The notes below the pieces were generated by a model, which was not told the origin of the DNA, searched no databases, and saw only the letters and a program-made list of their open reading frames with translations. A DNA stretch of 63,254 nt, filler included, from Aduncisulcus paluster (lineage: Eukaryota), in NCBI GenBank assembly GCA_024181965.1. It is 4 parts of 4 records of this genome, joined end to end, with 100 filler letters (N's around TTAATTAATTAA, not from the genome) between each part and the next. Parts side by side here need not be neighbours in the genome. Positions count along the whole stretch, not along the records: positions 32,258 to 55,203 come from BQXS01012719.1; positions 55,304 to 63,254 come from BQXS01012720.1; 2 more parts are not named here. One strand, 5' to 3'. The position numbers and the translations under genes were made by a program. Shown in pieces: positions 49,301 through 61,459 of this stretch (the stretch's first letter is position 1; each line of letters starts with the position of its first letter).

Positions 49301-52169
49301 TGAGAAACTATTGAACTTATAAACTTGTGAATAGATATTGAGTCCGCCTCATCAGAACTTCCTTTTGATTTATCCCAAACGTCACAATCCATATATTTCC
49401 ACAAAGAATCTTGAAGTTTTTGTTGTTCTTTGTGCAGCTTGTCATCGCCCTGGAGTGTTTTTGAGAACGAGGAATGAATTCTTCGAGACTTTCTCAAGAA
49501 TATATTTGGATTTCTACAAGGAATCACTGAAGTCCCAGTCAGAGAAGACACTTTTGCTGACATTTCAAGGAGAGACACATTGACATGACCTTCATGGCTG
49601 TCTGGTGATGACTGTTTTTGTGTGGTTGACTGGGTCAGCGGAGACAAAGGAGATACTAGCAGAGAAGAGATACTTGGTGGGGTTGGTATAGCTTGAATAA
49701 GTTTTTGAAGCATATTGCTACCATGTTCATGGATATCTTCAACACTGGATAATAGATCAAGGATGTTTTTGAGAACGAGGAATGAATTCTTCGAGACTTT
49801 CTCAAGAATATATTTGGATTTCTACAAGGAATCACTGAAGTCCCAGTCAGAGAAGACACTTTTGCTGACATTTCAAGGAGAGACACATTGACATGACCTT
49901 CATGGCTGTCTGGTGATGACTGTTTTTGTGTGGTTGACTGGGTCAGCGGAGACAAAGGAGATACTAGCAGAGAAGAGATACTTGGTGGGGTTGGTATAGC
50001 TTGAATAAGTTTTTGAAGCATATTGCTACCATGTTCATGGATATCTTCAACACTGGATAATAGATCAAGGATGTTTTTGAAAGAGGAAGTTGTTCTTGGC
50101 AACATGTCTTTGTCAATTTGCTCACCTTTGGACGAGCGGATAACATTGTAGCATATTCGAACACACTCTTCCTGAACTCTCAATGAATTGGCGGTCAGAA
50201 ACGACCCAACATAACCATTAATTTCAAAAGGAATAACGTCAGAACTTGCAGCTGATCCATAAGAGGAAGAATGAACAGATTGTTTGATTTTAGAGGCAGA
50301 CGTATGGCTTTGAAATCGAGAGAATGCCTTTCTGACCATTCTTTTCCTCCATGTTGGAGTGTCTTTGTTGAGAAATCCTAGAGATGGACATGACATGGCT
50401 TCTTGTTGTAAGTTATCTCTAAAAGAATACAAACTGGACAGAATTGACTTGATATTGATGGAAAAGGAAGGCGAGTGGGAGAGAAGTGAAGAAAGAGAAG
50501 AAGAGAAGGATTCTAGTCTGGATAAGAGTTCACTAGGGTCTGGAATGTAAAGATCACTCAAAGACTCCTTCAATTCATCAGTATCACAGCCTGTGGTTTT
50601 ATAAGGTGTTTGCAGAAGGGTAGATTCTGTGTCATAGGAAGTTGTACTCCATGATTGAAAAAGGTCAGAGTGGATAGAAATATCACTGATAAATTGTTTA
50701 CAATCCTTTTGAATGGAAGAATATAACACAAACAGATCCGAAATGTAGGAAAATAAAACATTTCGTCCATTCTTTTTGACCTCTTCTTCTTCCTCTTCTT
50801 CTTTTCTACCTTCATATATTGTTTTCTTATGTCTATCTTCATGGCTCATCCATTTACCTGAATTAAATCTAACAATATCTTCATTCTCACAGAAAATAGA
50901 GGCGTTGAGCTCAAGAGAGGTGAAGAAATCATTAAACTTGGGTAAAAAAGAGCCAATATCACTCTTTAGCGTTCTAATACGTCGTAAATAAACCTTTTGC
51001 TCATCAATTTCGTCCCTTTTCCTGGCTTCTTCCTCCTTGATTTGGCTAAGAAGAGAAGAATAGAACGAATGCTTATCTTGAAGTGATTTGAGAGCTATAT
51101 CAAGGACATTTTTCTCTGAACTAAGTTTCATAATTTTCTTAAGTCTAACCAATTCTTGGTTTTTATCTCCAATCTGCCTTTTGATGGAGGCAATTCCATT
51201 TCTAATGGCACCAATTGACATCATATGAGTTAATCTCTCAGAAATAAAACCAAGAGAGGCGTCAACGAATGAAAGTTGTGTTGTTTCAATACTTTGATCA
51301 TAGTTAATTGCAGACATCTTTTTCCACCCTTTATAGACTGCAATTGCAACACTGGACCACTTTGAAACAGTCAAGGATTCAATAAGCCCAAGGATATGAC
51401 GATACGATTCAAGATTCTCACGTTCTTTTGCAATACGGCCATCAATTGTCTTTCTTTTCTGCTGAATGTCCAGATGAGAGGCTGTCCACTCTTTCTGCTC
51501 GTTCCGATAAAGAATAAGACTATCTCGCAGGGAATGGGTGTTGGCAAAGGATACGATCACAGTTGAGAAGAGGGCTTTTGGGGATAAGGTTGAAATTAAG
51601 GTCACGGTGGATTGTTGGATAACAGCCATTGATTGAGCAGTCGGCAAGCCATGATCCTTCAATATGAGATCAACGTCCTTTTGAGTCTTTGATCGGCCAT
51701 TAATTGCATATTTTCGAGTTGGATTAGAAATACTAATTGAGACAGACAACCGATTTAAAGTGGAAAAGTAAAACTTCGATTTCGTTCTTGGAGGTAATTG
51801 AAATTGAGCAGAGGAGTATGATGGACCAACTGATGTATCATTATGCGCAGCATTTTCTTTCGAAATTTCGGTATGATCTGTCGGTTTTGATAACACAATG
51901 GAAGGATGAACACTTGCCGTTCTGAACAAAACAGTTACAGAGGAAGATTCGGCTTTTTTTGATGGCGATGAGAATATTATTTCTGGATTTCTTGAGATTC
52001 TTAGTTTTGAAAGCGGGAAATTGAATGCCAAAAGCAAAGCATCGAAAATATTACTCTTGCCATGCCCATTCTTCCCAATTACAATATTAAGACTTGAATT
52101 GAATGGTCCAATATGATGAATTCCACCAAAACTTTTAAAATCGCGTAATATAATTTTATCAATTTGCAT
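46383..52169 (-). CDS. Divergent SMC-family ATPase (C-terminal head most like condensin SMC2)
   Basis: ILRDFKSF; Walker A GKNGHGKSN; Q-loop IQQS; signature LSGGQRT; Walker B/D-loop LLDEVDAALD; H-loop VISHR. Three ORFs join once duplicates at about 49456-50078 and around gap 47642-47661 are removed. Confidence 0.88.
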
Positions 52170-52654
52170 GAATTGTATGGAGAGTTGAATAAAAAAAAAT
52201 ATAAAAATGTGGGAATCAATAAGATATATGAAAAATAAGGCAAATTTTTCGCTTTATCTTTTTGTTATGAAAGCAAAATTAATGAGTACAACAATATGAA
52301 GCATCTGAGCTTTGCCGGAAAACATTCTTGTTGATAAGGCCACAGTAACACTCTTTTGAAACTATATTGCACTGAAAACAGCATTAAAAATGGGAAACTG
52401 ACCAATTCATTGCGGAAATATTATTATCCTTTAAACAAATCAACCATTAATCGTGCTTCGATATATTTTGCTCAGAATTTTCTCTACAAGCATGAATAGT
52501 GAACGCGCAACATATTAACATATTATATTATTTTTTAAAAATGGATTTTATGATTTATTTCGACAAATTTATTTGTATTTTGTGCTTTTTTGTCGATTCC
52601 AAAAAGTTTAATTCATTTTTCCTTGCATCTATAATATTAAAAGATTTTATATAA

Positions 52655-54620
52655 ATGTCAACAAGTTTGTCACAATTTAATACACTCAGAAATGCAGTTG
52701 TTAGTGTGTTGGACGCAGACGATGTCTTGTCGAAAGTGAAAGCATTGATGAGGGCTCACGTGTTCTGTGCTCTTGAAGGAGAAAGATTAGAAAAGGATGG
52801 AGAAAGTGAATATCCAAAAGGAGATTTTGAATTAGAAATGTTATCAACGGTAATTGATTTTTTGGACGCTTTTGGCTTGCATAAGACCCTCTCTGTATTG
52901 TCTGCTGAAACTGACTTTGCAAAGAGGCATAAAATAGTTGATTCTAAACCTGAACATAAAGCAATTGCCAATGGAGCTCGTGAAGTTCTTGGATTTTCTC
53001 CATCTAGAGGAGCTCGTTGCAAATTAGAGTCTATACTTAAAGGAAAAGAATCTTTGACTCATGTTCCCGAAACCAAATCCTATAAATCAATTCCAAAAGA
53101 AAAAACCATATTTGAATTAGAAGACGAAGAAGATAAACTCAGACAAGAAGCTCAACAAAGAGAAAGGCTTGAACAAGAAAAAATAAGGAAACAAAAGCAA
53201 GAAGAAGAAGAAAAAGAAAAGAAATTGAGGCAAAGAGAAGAAGAAATGAAACGTCAGGAAGAAGCGGAACGGAGAAGGAAAGAAGAAGCCAAACGTCAAG
53301 CTGAGGAAGAGGCTCAAAAGAAGCTTGAAAAATACCAATCAGCATCGACTCATTCCCCTTCTCATTCCACTCATTCTCCCCAGCGTTTAAAGAAACAACT
53401 CGCCCCAATGTCTATTCCTGTATCCTCTCCTGGCCGCGCTTCAACCGTTTCAGATTCAAGTTCAAACAAAATGTTGGAAGAATCCCCCTCCTCTTCAACC
53501 TCCTCCCCTTTCAGAACTGCTCCAAAGAAAACACCCACAGACTCATGTTCCCGAAACCAAATCCTATAAATCAATTCCAAAAGAAAAAACCATATTTGAA
53601 TTAGAAGACGAAGAAGATAAACTCAGACAAGAAGCTCAACAAAGAGAAAGGCTTGAACAAGAAAAAATAAGGAAACAAAAGCAAGAAGAAGAAGAAAAAG
53701 AAAAGAAATTGAGGCAAAGAGAAGAAGAAATGAAACGTCAGGAAGAAGCGGAACGGAGAAGGAAAGAAGAAGCCAAACGTCAAGCTGAGGAAGAGGCTCA
53801 AAAGAAGCTTGAAAAATACCAATCAGCATCGACTCATTCCCCTTCTCATTCCACTCATTCTCCCCAGCGTTTAAAGAAACAACTCGCCCCAATGTCTATT
53901 CCTGTATCCTCTCCTGGCCGCGCTTCAACCGTTTCAGATTCAAGTTCAAACAAAATGTTGGAAGAATCCCCCTCCTCTTCAACCTCCTCCCCTTTCAGAA
54001 CTGCTCCAAAGAAAACACCCACAGCCATCTCAACTCCCTCTGTTGTGGACATTGATCAGGAGTCTCAGACTGACAGCATTGAGGAGATTGGTGCGGGAAG
54101 TCATGAGCCAACGAAAAAGAAAGAAAGTTCCAAAGAATTGACAGAGCCCAAAGCAAAACAGCAAGGAGATTTGTTTGACGACGAAGACAACCTTGAAGAC
54201 AGCTTCAACCTGGAGGATATGTCTTCCTTCGAGGCTGATTTCTCTGATATGGCATTGGAAGATCAGCCCTCGGATAAGAAGGAAGACGGTAAGGCGAAAG
54301 AGCAAGCCGAGTCTCCCATGGTTGAAGTAATTAGTCCTGGTTTGAGAAACCCTACATTTAGTACATCTTTGGGGGAGGACCCCACCATTAAGAAAGGATT
54401 CCGTCCTAAAACCCCTCAAGATATATTATCAGCTACAACTTCATCATCCAGGCCTTCAACGGCAGATATGTCTGTTGATATGAGTGTTAATAGTACTGGA
54501 TTGACTGCATTTGCTCCGGATTACAAACAAAACGCTGAAAAACCTTCCAGTGTTGACGATGAAGACTTTGGAGATTTGTTAGATGGGAGTTTTGATGATT
54601 CTTTCGATGATGCTTTCTAG
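52655..54620 (+). CDS. CEP43: FOP/CEP43 (FGFR1OP)/TONNEAU1-like LisH centrosomal protein
   Basis: LRNAVVSVLDADDVLSKVKALMRAHVFCAL...VIDFLDAFGLHKTLSVLSAE (FOP dimerisation/LisH). Split into two ORFs by a 484-bp tandem duplicate at 53056-54023. Confidence 0.75.
53056..54023. repeat. 484-bp exact tandem duplication (probable assembly artefact)
   Basis: gactcatgttcccgaaacc starts at both 53056 and 53540; the repeat breaks the reading frame. Confidence 0.85.
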
Positions 54621-54776
54621 ACAGTATTAAGAACATCAAAATCAATAAATTTGAGTTAATGGTTTATTTATTTTTTAAGTCTTAAATAAAATGTTAATCC
54701 TCTGATACCAAAAAAAACAAAATTGTGTGTACCCCCCCGAGTCAAAAAAAACAAAATTGGACATGAGAGACAGTTC

Positions 54777-55203
54777 TTTTTTTTTTTTTTTTTTTTTTTT
54801 AGCGGATGCATTTATTAGGGAAGGGGAGATACTAAAAAGACAGAAATAAAAAGAGAAAAGAAAGGCATTGAAGGATATTAAAGGGTATATTAGGTGGTAA
54901 CAGACTGACTGCAGTACGATAAAGTTTCAGACAAGAAGGATACTGATTGTAGTGTATTCAGCATAGAGACGAAGACACCGAAAGGCAAACTCTACCAAGT
55001 AAACAATGTAGTGAAAAAACTAGTGAACAAAGGTTGCACATAGTGTGTAACTAAAGAACCGAGGAGTAGGGAGGAATAGGTGTACGGTAATCAATAGAAA
55101 TTTCTGAAAAAGGCAACAGCAAACATATATTGAGAAGATTTAGCAAGACAAGGCATCAAGATGCTACTCTCTAGAGCCATCAAAATAAGCTAAGTCATTT
55201 TAG
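54777..55203 (-). mobile_element. 3' end of a poly(A)-tailed retroposed element (LINE/SINE 3' UTR or processed transcript), cut by the contig end
   Basis: Minus strand reads ...CCCTAATAAATGCATCCGCT followed by A24; non-coding; pyrimidine-rich on the minus strand; at a contig break. Confidence 0.5.
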
Positions 55204-55303
55204 NNNNNNNNNNNNNNNNNNNNNNNNNNNNNNNNNNNNNNNNNNNNTTAATTAATTAANNNNNNNNNNNNNNNNNNNNNNNNNNNNNNNNNNNNNNNNN
55301 NNN
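55204..55303. other. Artificial contig-joining spacer
   Basis: N44-TTAATTAATTAA-N44. Confidence 0.97.
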
Positions 55304-56415
55304 GGTCATCTTTGGGGAACAGATGGAACATATTCTGGTCGCGGAAGCAATCGACAAAACGTTGGAACGCAGACTGAGACTTGCAATCTCAGAAACATCA
55401 TCAGCAATATCTTCAGAGACACCTTCAGAGACACCTTCAGAGGTATCTTTGGACACAGAAGATCTGATGCCACACAACATCAGTTTCTCAATGGAAGGAA
55501 GAGAAGCATCAGTCAGAGAACACTCAGCAAAATACATCACAGAAAGTGAAACCCCTCGAGCAAGATAGCGTGAGGAGGCGAAGGATTCGGCAAACTTCTC
55601 AATTTTGTCATCTCCAAACTCACAGCCAGAGAAACATAGACTGTTGAGTGAAGAGCAACTACCAAGGGCACCACCGAGTTCTGTGAGATCATCGGGCAGG
55701 ACATTGTGCAAATAAAAAAGGACGTCAAGTTTGGACAGATTTTACCGGTACAAAAATGCGCAATTGTAGCAAAAGGATCATGGGGTTCGAAAACAACCTG
55801 AGAACATAAACCTTCGGGCAATAAACTTGGAGAAGGTGAAGAAGGTGATATGCGCTCTTCTTCTTTCTTCTCTTCTGCCCCTTCCTCTTCCTTTGTCTCT
55901 TCATCGGAAGGAGAATGAGGAGATTCTGGAGGGATGATAGAAGAAGAGATATAGATACTCTTCAGATCACAATGGCCGGAAACAATGAGTGCAGAGAAAA
56001 GAGATTGAAGAGAATGACCATCAATTGGGCAGTTGACAATCGCAATCCCAGCTACTTTGGACAAAAGACCGAAATTGGGGAGAAAAGTGGCAAATTGTTG
56101 GTCATTGATCTTAATATTGGTGAATTCAATGCTCACAACTTCAGGAAGATGACGAACAACATGTTTAACCAAAACAGCCTCTTGGTTGGTCATGAAAACA
56201 GGAATGGGAGATGAAATGGGAAGAACTTCCGCTGCCTTTCCAGTCTGTTCCAAAATTAAGGACAGTTTCGTCAGATTAGTTGCTTTAAGAGCAGTCAGAA
56301 TATCTTCAAAGGGAACCAGTGGCTCATCAACATCGGGTACAGCAACCTGTTCCTTTTCACCACCAAAAATGGATTTCACACTCTCCAAAATGTTCTGAAA
56401 AAATCCTTTTGACAT
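55304..56415 (-). CDS. RNI-like leucine-rich repeat protein (3'-partial; homopolymer frameshift near 55715)
   Basis: LxxLxLxxC/N repeats (LNSLCFSGCEFGD, LSVMYFAECSLTD, IASLSLRSNVLS). ORFs 55537-56415 and 55256-55711 switch frame at a T6 run. Confidence 0.7.
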
Positions 56416-56830
56416 ATGATACCGATAAATAATTTGAAAAAAAATAAATTAAGTAACAAAAACAAACGCTGGGAAGCAATTTGGATTTCGAGATCAAGAT
56501 AATGATAATAGAACAATTTCATTGGAAAATATATGCACATAGAGATATGTCTACATTTTATTTCCGGATATTTATTCTATAATCTAACTATATCAGTCTC
56601 CACAGGGAGTTCGGAGATCGAATCGGTGTAAGACACAGTCAGGAGCGAAGCTTTGTTTATCTCCTGTGTAGGTGACGTAAGAAGAAAGTCATAGAGTGGT
56701 AGCATGTAAGTTCCTATATTATATATTATTTTTATTTTGTGAGTTTCCAACTCTGAAGAAAAGAATCCAGAAGGGTTCTTTGTCCCCGGGACAAAGCACT
56801 GGGCCAGTGCTAAACGCACAACAGTAAAAT

Positions 56831-59800
56831 TTAACATCGAAATATTGAATTCAACAGGATAGATAGAGATTGTTTCCCCTTAAATACTGATTCTAAACAT
56901 GTTTTTGTTTCTCTTTGAAAACGTTTACAAATTGTTATATATCTAGAAACCATAGATTTCCAACTTATGATATTCTCCTTTGTTTCTTCGATGTTCTTCA
57001 CAAGTCCCCTCCCTTTAAATCCAATTATCTTCTCAATTTCTATATTTAGTTGTTCACAATCATGAATGAAAGAATTACATTGAGTAATAGTTGCTTCTAA
57101 TTGCGCACGAGTCTGATTCTGCACTCCAATTACTCTTAGAAGAATCATTCCAAGTGAAAATAAACGATTATCGTGCTCATATTGCCGATCTTTTTCACTG
57201 GTAATTGGACATCCAACATCGATCCACCATTGAATAAAAATAGAAACCATCACAAGTTCAAAACTTTTCTTCAAAGAGTCCTCAAAAGTCTGATGTATTA
57301 TTTCTGAGAAAGAAACCAGCCCAATGCACCCACACACACATGGAGATACGAAAAAGGAGAGAAGAGAAGGGAAGAAGAGCGTAGGCATGAGAGGAATAAT
57401 ACTCTGAGTAGAAAAATTCTTTGTCATTTCAGCACAACTCGAAGGGAGTATTTCTTGAAGATATTTTGTTTTCATGCTCGACACAAATGTCAATCTAAAT
57501 AGAGCTAACGGCATCAGCATTGTGCAAGGGATGGATAATATGCAATGGGACGAAGAGGAATATGAACATTCTTCCAGAGATTGCACATGTACTTTTAAGT
57601 ATAAGGAATCGGATGTCATTCCATTTTCACATTTAGATGTTCCATCAGAGCAGACGGTTGATTGATCTTTTTTGGGGTTATGATGATGAGGGGAAATAAT
57701 TTCTTCAATAAAAAAGATCCCATCGCCAAACAGATTGTGGATTGAGAAGTGTTTCAAATCTTTCAACATTTGATCTGATTTAAGCTGATAGTCTTGTTCC
57801 TCTTCACCCACTTGAAGTGATAAGGATCCATCATCCATCAATTGGGAATCACCAACATGCTTCAAATCCTTTGACTGATGACCATCACTATCAGCCTTGG
57901 AGAACAGAGAATGACTGAATACCGAGAAGGAAATGGGAGTAACAGAGTCAAATCGATGAGACGAAGGGGGATAAAAACCAGAAGGAATTGGAAATGTTGG
58001 AGTTGTCATTGCCGAGATATCTACATCACCGATATCGAGCATTTGTGATGTTGAAGAAAAAAAAGTTTCTTCCTCGCCATCGCTGGAAGACATGGACTGC
58101 ATCGTTCTTCTACTCCGACGCCTCTGTCCAATCCCACTCCGACGAGAAGGAACAGGGTTTGTCAATGGAACTGAGAATTTTGAAAGAGAAATCCCACCAT
58201 CATCCTCACTTTGAAATATCGGTCGATAAGCATGGCTCAGGGTGTGAACAGCATTTTTGAGGAATATATCATTCAAAAAGGAACGTGAAGAAAGGAGATA
58301 TGTGGAATATGGGATAGGACCAAGGGAAGAAGTATCAGATGGTGGCAGTTTGACTGACATGGCACTTCCAGAAGATGCCATAGCTTTGGGAATACCCTTT
58401 CCTGGTGCTGACTCTTTACCCTCAAATATATCATCCTTTGATCCCAGTACGCTGTGACCAATTTTATCGGGAAGACTCTGAAAATCTTGTTTCAGAGATG
58501 ATGATTTGTTGGTGATACGATCACCAGAACGCTCCAAAGTTGGTTTCTTAGAATTATCTAATTTTAGAATGGGATGAGAATCTTTGTCATTTTCCTCCAT
58601 AGTATCGACAGGAGTATCATGTGTTTGGTTTTTTGTATCTTTTGACCCTTCCTTATGTTTTTTCATTTTCTTTGCAATGGATATACGTTTTCGCTTGGCG
58701 GTTGCAATCTTTGGCTTTAATGATGGATTATCCAAACATATAATAGCCATGGATAAGAAGAGAACAGGACCAGATTTGGAGCATGATGAATCAGAAAACC
58801 AGAGATTCACACAGTTTGAGATCATTTGCATACTCGTAAGATTTAAAATAAAGGATTTTTTCTTAAAATAGGAAAACGAATCGGAAGGAAGATCTTCAAG
58901 GGATGCCGAGAGTATATGCAGCAATCTTGAGGCAGTTCGGGCCAATTTTGAGGAGGAAATATGTTCGAGCGATTGTAAATCGGAAGAATAAGAAGCTGAT
59001 GAAGAGGAGGATGTTCTTCGTTTTCCAGTAGTTGTCGACGACGGATCTCCTTCCGTTATTGCATCATCGTTCTTCTCCTGACTTGAGAATGCCGGAATAT
59101 CGTGAATTTGAGGAATGGATCCATGCCCTTGGGTATCCTCGTCCCTATCAGTGGCATATGATGAGGAATGTTCCTCTTCTTCATCCTTTATAATATCAGT
59201 GCGAGTTCCTACATTGTTCCGAATAGTCGCTATTAATAGACACCATTCTTTCGCGAGAGTTTTAGCATCACTTGCACCCTTTCTTCCTCCTTCAAGAGCA
59301 TCCACAACCGAGCTGTGCAGGAATGGAAATGAGAGAAGATTGATAAAGACGTCAGAAAATATGGTTGGATGTGTTGGATTCGAAGAAGAAGCAGAACCAT
59401 TAGATGTTGCTTGGGAAGAATGAGATTGTGGATGTGAGTGTGCTGTGTCAGCGAATGGATATGAATGGGGGAATAAGCGTACAAGAACAGGAGGAAGTGG
59501 TAGAGACGATACGGATGTGAACACACGATGAAACGAACATGATGGCGAATCTGACAATGGTAATGGTTGGATAAAACTTGGGTCTTTCACGATGAGATCT
59601 TCACTATCACCAGAAGGTAGCGACTCATCCTTGCCTATTGATGTTGATTGAGTCTTCTTCACAGAGGCATTGAGTGACTGCGCCACATCTTCTTTTTCCT
59701 CCTCCTCTTCTTCTTTGGGAAACATAGTGTCATCTATCTCCTCAGATACTGATATCTTACTCCAATCTCCCTTTTTGTAGAGTTCCTGCAGAAGAGAATA

Positions 59801-61147
59801 CCATTTAACCTTGGACATATCATGAGATAAATGCCGATTCAGACACTGTGTGGATGATAGCTCAATCGAGATAGCTTCGTACAAGCACGAGGCATCATCC
59901 GAGTTGAGTAATGAGTAGGAAAAAAGAATAACAACATTATAAATATCCGAACGACTGATAATTTTGGATAGATGTGGACGAAGCAGAGTGAGAAACACAT
60001 CAGAACAACCAAGAACGGAGGAAGATGAGGAGATGCAATGAGTATGCGTTTCTAAAGATGGTCCCTCCTCTTTCTTTTTATCATATTCGCAATTTAATTG
60101 CCAATTATTCAAACATGAGCATAGAATACCAACGCTTTGATAGGACCAATCGGTGCAACAAGAGATAAGAGCCATGATTAAAGGAGAAAGATAGTCAAGC
60201 GTCTCCAATAAACTCTCGTGTGAAATAAAGGCTTGAGAGGCCAATGAAATTAATGATTGAGCACATTCTTTCTTTTTAGAGGTTATGTCCTCGAACACAA
60301 CAGAAGGAGAGTTGTGAGTTGAAAGAATAATACCTTCCTTTGAAAATGTTTTAGTATTAATAATTTTTGTTATAGTTTTAATTAAAATAAGTAGTAATTG
60401 AAAATATATTATATTATGATGCTCGAATATGGGAAAATTCTCCTACAAATGAAATAAAAACAAAAAAATCATTATAAAGGTTAGATAATTAATAAACAAA
60501 CAATAGTAAGCAAAAAAACTCAAGATTTAAGGAGTAAAATAACATACATCAAGATAGGGCTGTTCTTTTGAAAAATAATCGATTAAATGGGTAAAACATG
60601 ATTTAAAATCCTCATCATAATATAACTTTGATATTTTAATGCGATATTGATTTAAATCGTGGGTCAGTTTCTCCATTACCTTCCAAGAGAGGGGATTCGA
60701 GTCAACCAGTTCCAATCTTTCTAAGAGCTCAAAAATAATAACAAAAAATAAGTTTATTGAATCAATAAAGATACGTTATAAAAATGAAAAGGTGATAAAA
60801 AGATTGAAATGAAAGATACGAAGTGGAAGCGACTATTCCACAATCAAAAGAAAAAGGAAAAGGTATTGATAAAAATTATATAAAATAATATGCTAAACCC
60901 CTTGTTTTGCTGTTTGTAAGGGTCGTGCAACTCTGTGTTGAGTAGGATGAAGCCGAACTTCGGGAGTGGGATACGATCTTTGAGATCGAATGGAGTCTGC
61001 CTGCATTTTCCGTCGTTCAATAACAGATAGCGTCCCTAGAATGTTCGGCACCATCATACAATATTTTTGGCTTATTGGATCTGTCTTTAGTTTTTCAAAC
61101 ATGCTTTCGTCTAATATACTTGTAATTCCTGATAAAAAGTGGCTCAT
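56831..61147 (-). CDS. Hypothetical protein, probably three exons (about 61147-60899, 60727-60548 and 60337-56831)
   Basis: The 1155-aa ORF lacks an ATG start. Intron 60547-60338 (GTATGT...TTTTCAAAG, phase 0) joins ORF 60527-60715 in frame. Boundaries of the first intron are uncertain. Confidence 0.6.
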
Positions 61148-61459
61148 AATATAAATATTGACATCAATTAACTTGTAATATGGAGTATGGGGAGTTCTAA
61201 TGAATCTTTAATCGAGGAAAAACGTTATTCATTCTCTCAACCAAATTCAGAATAAGATAATAAAGTTCATGATTTGCTGATTTTAAAACCATTGAAAAAT
61301 GATTTAGTATAATTTCATGAATAAAATATTGGTTTATATATTAATTGAAATATTATTATCCGAATTCAAAGGCGCATTCAGTTGCCAAACAAAATCAGTG
61401 AAGTCCGATCAATATCATGATATCTTATAAATTATCACAAAAGTTATTTTTAAATTCAA

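Noticed and set aside
25923..55303. Three N44-TTAATTAATTAA-N44 blocks as biological repeats, or gene neighbourhoods spanning them
   Set aside because: Standard six-frame-stop linkers used to concatenate contigs; adjacency across them carries no meaning.
55700..55725. Programmed frameshift in the LRR gene
   Set aside because: It falls in a T6 homopolymer near a contig end; a sequencing indel is the simpler explanation.
56577..56837. 86-aa ORF overlapping the stop of the 1155-aa ORF as a separate gene or extra exon
   Set aside because: No recognisable motif, and I could not find a frame-compatible intron.
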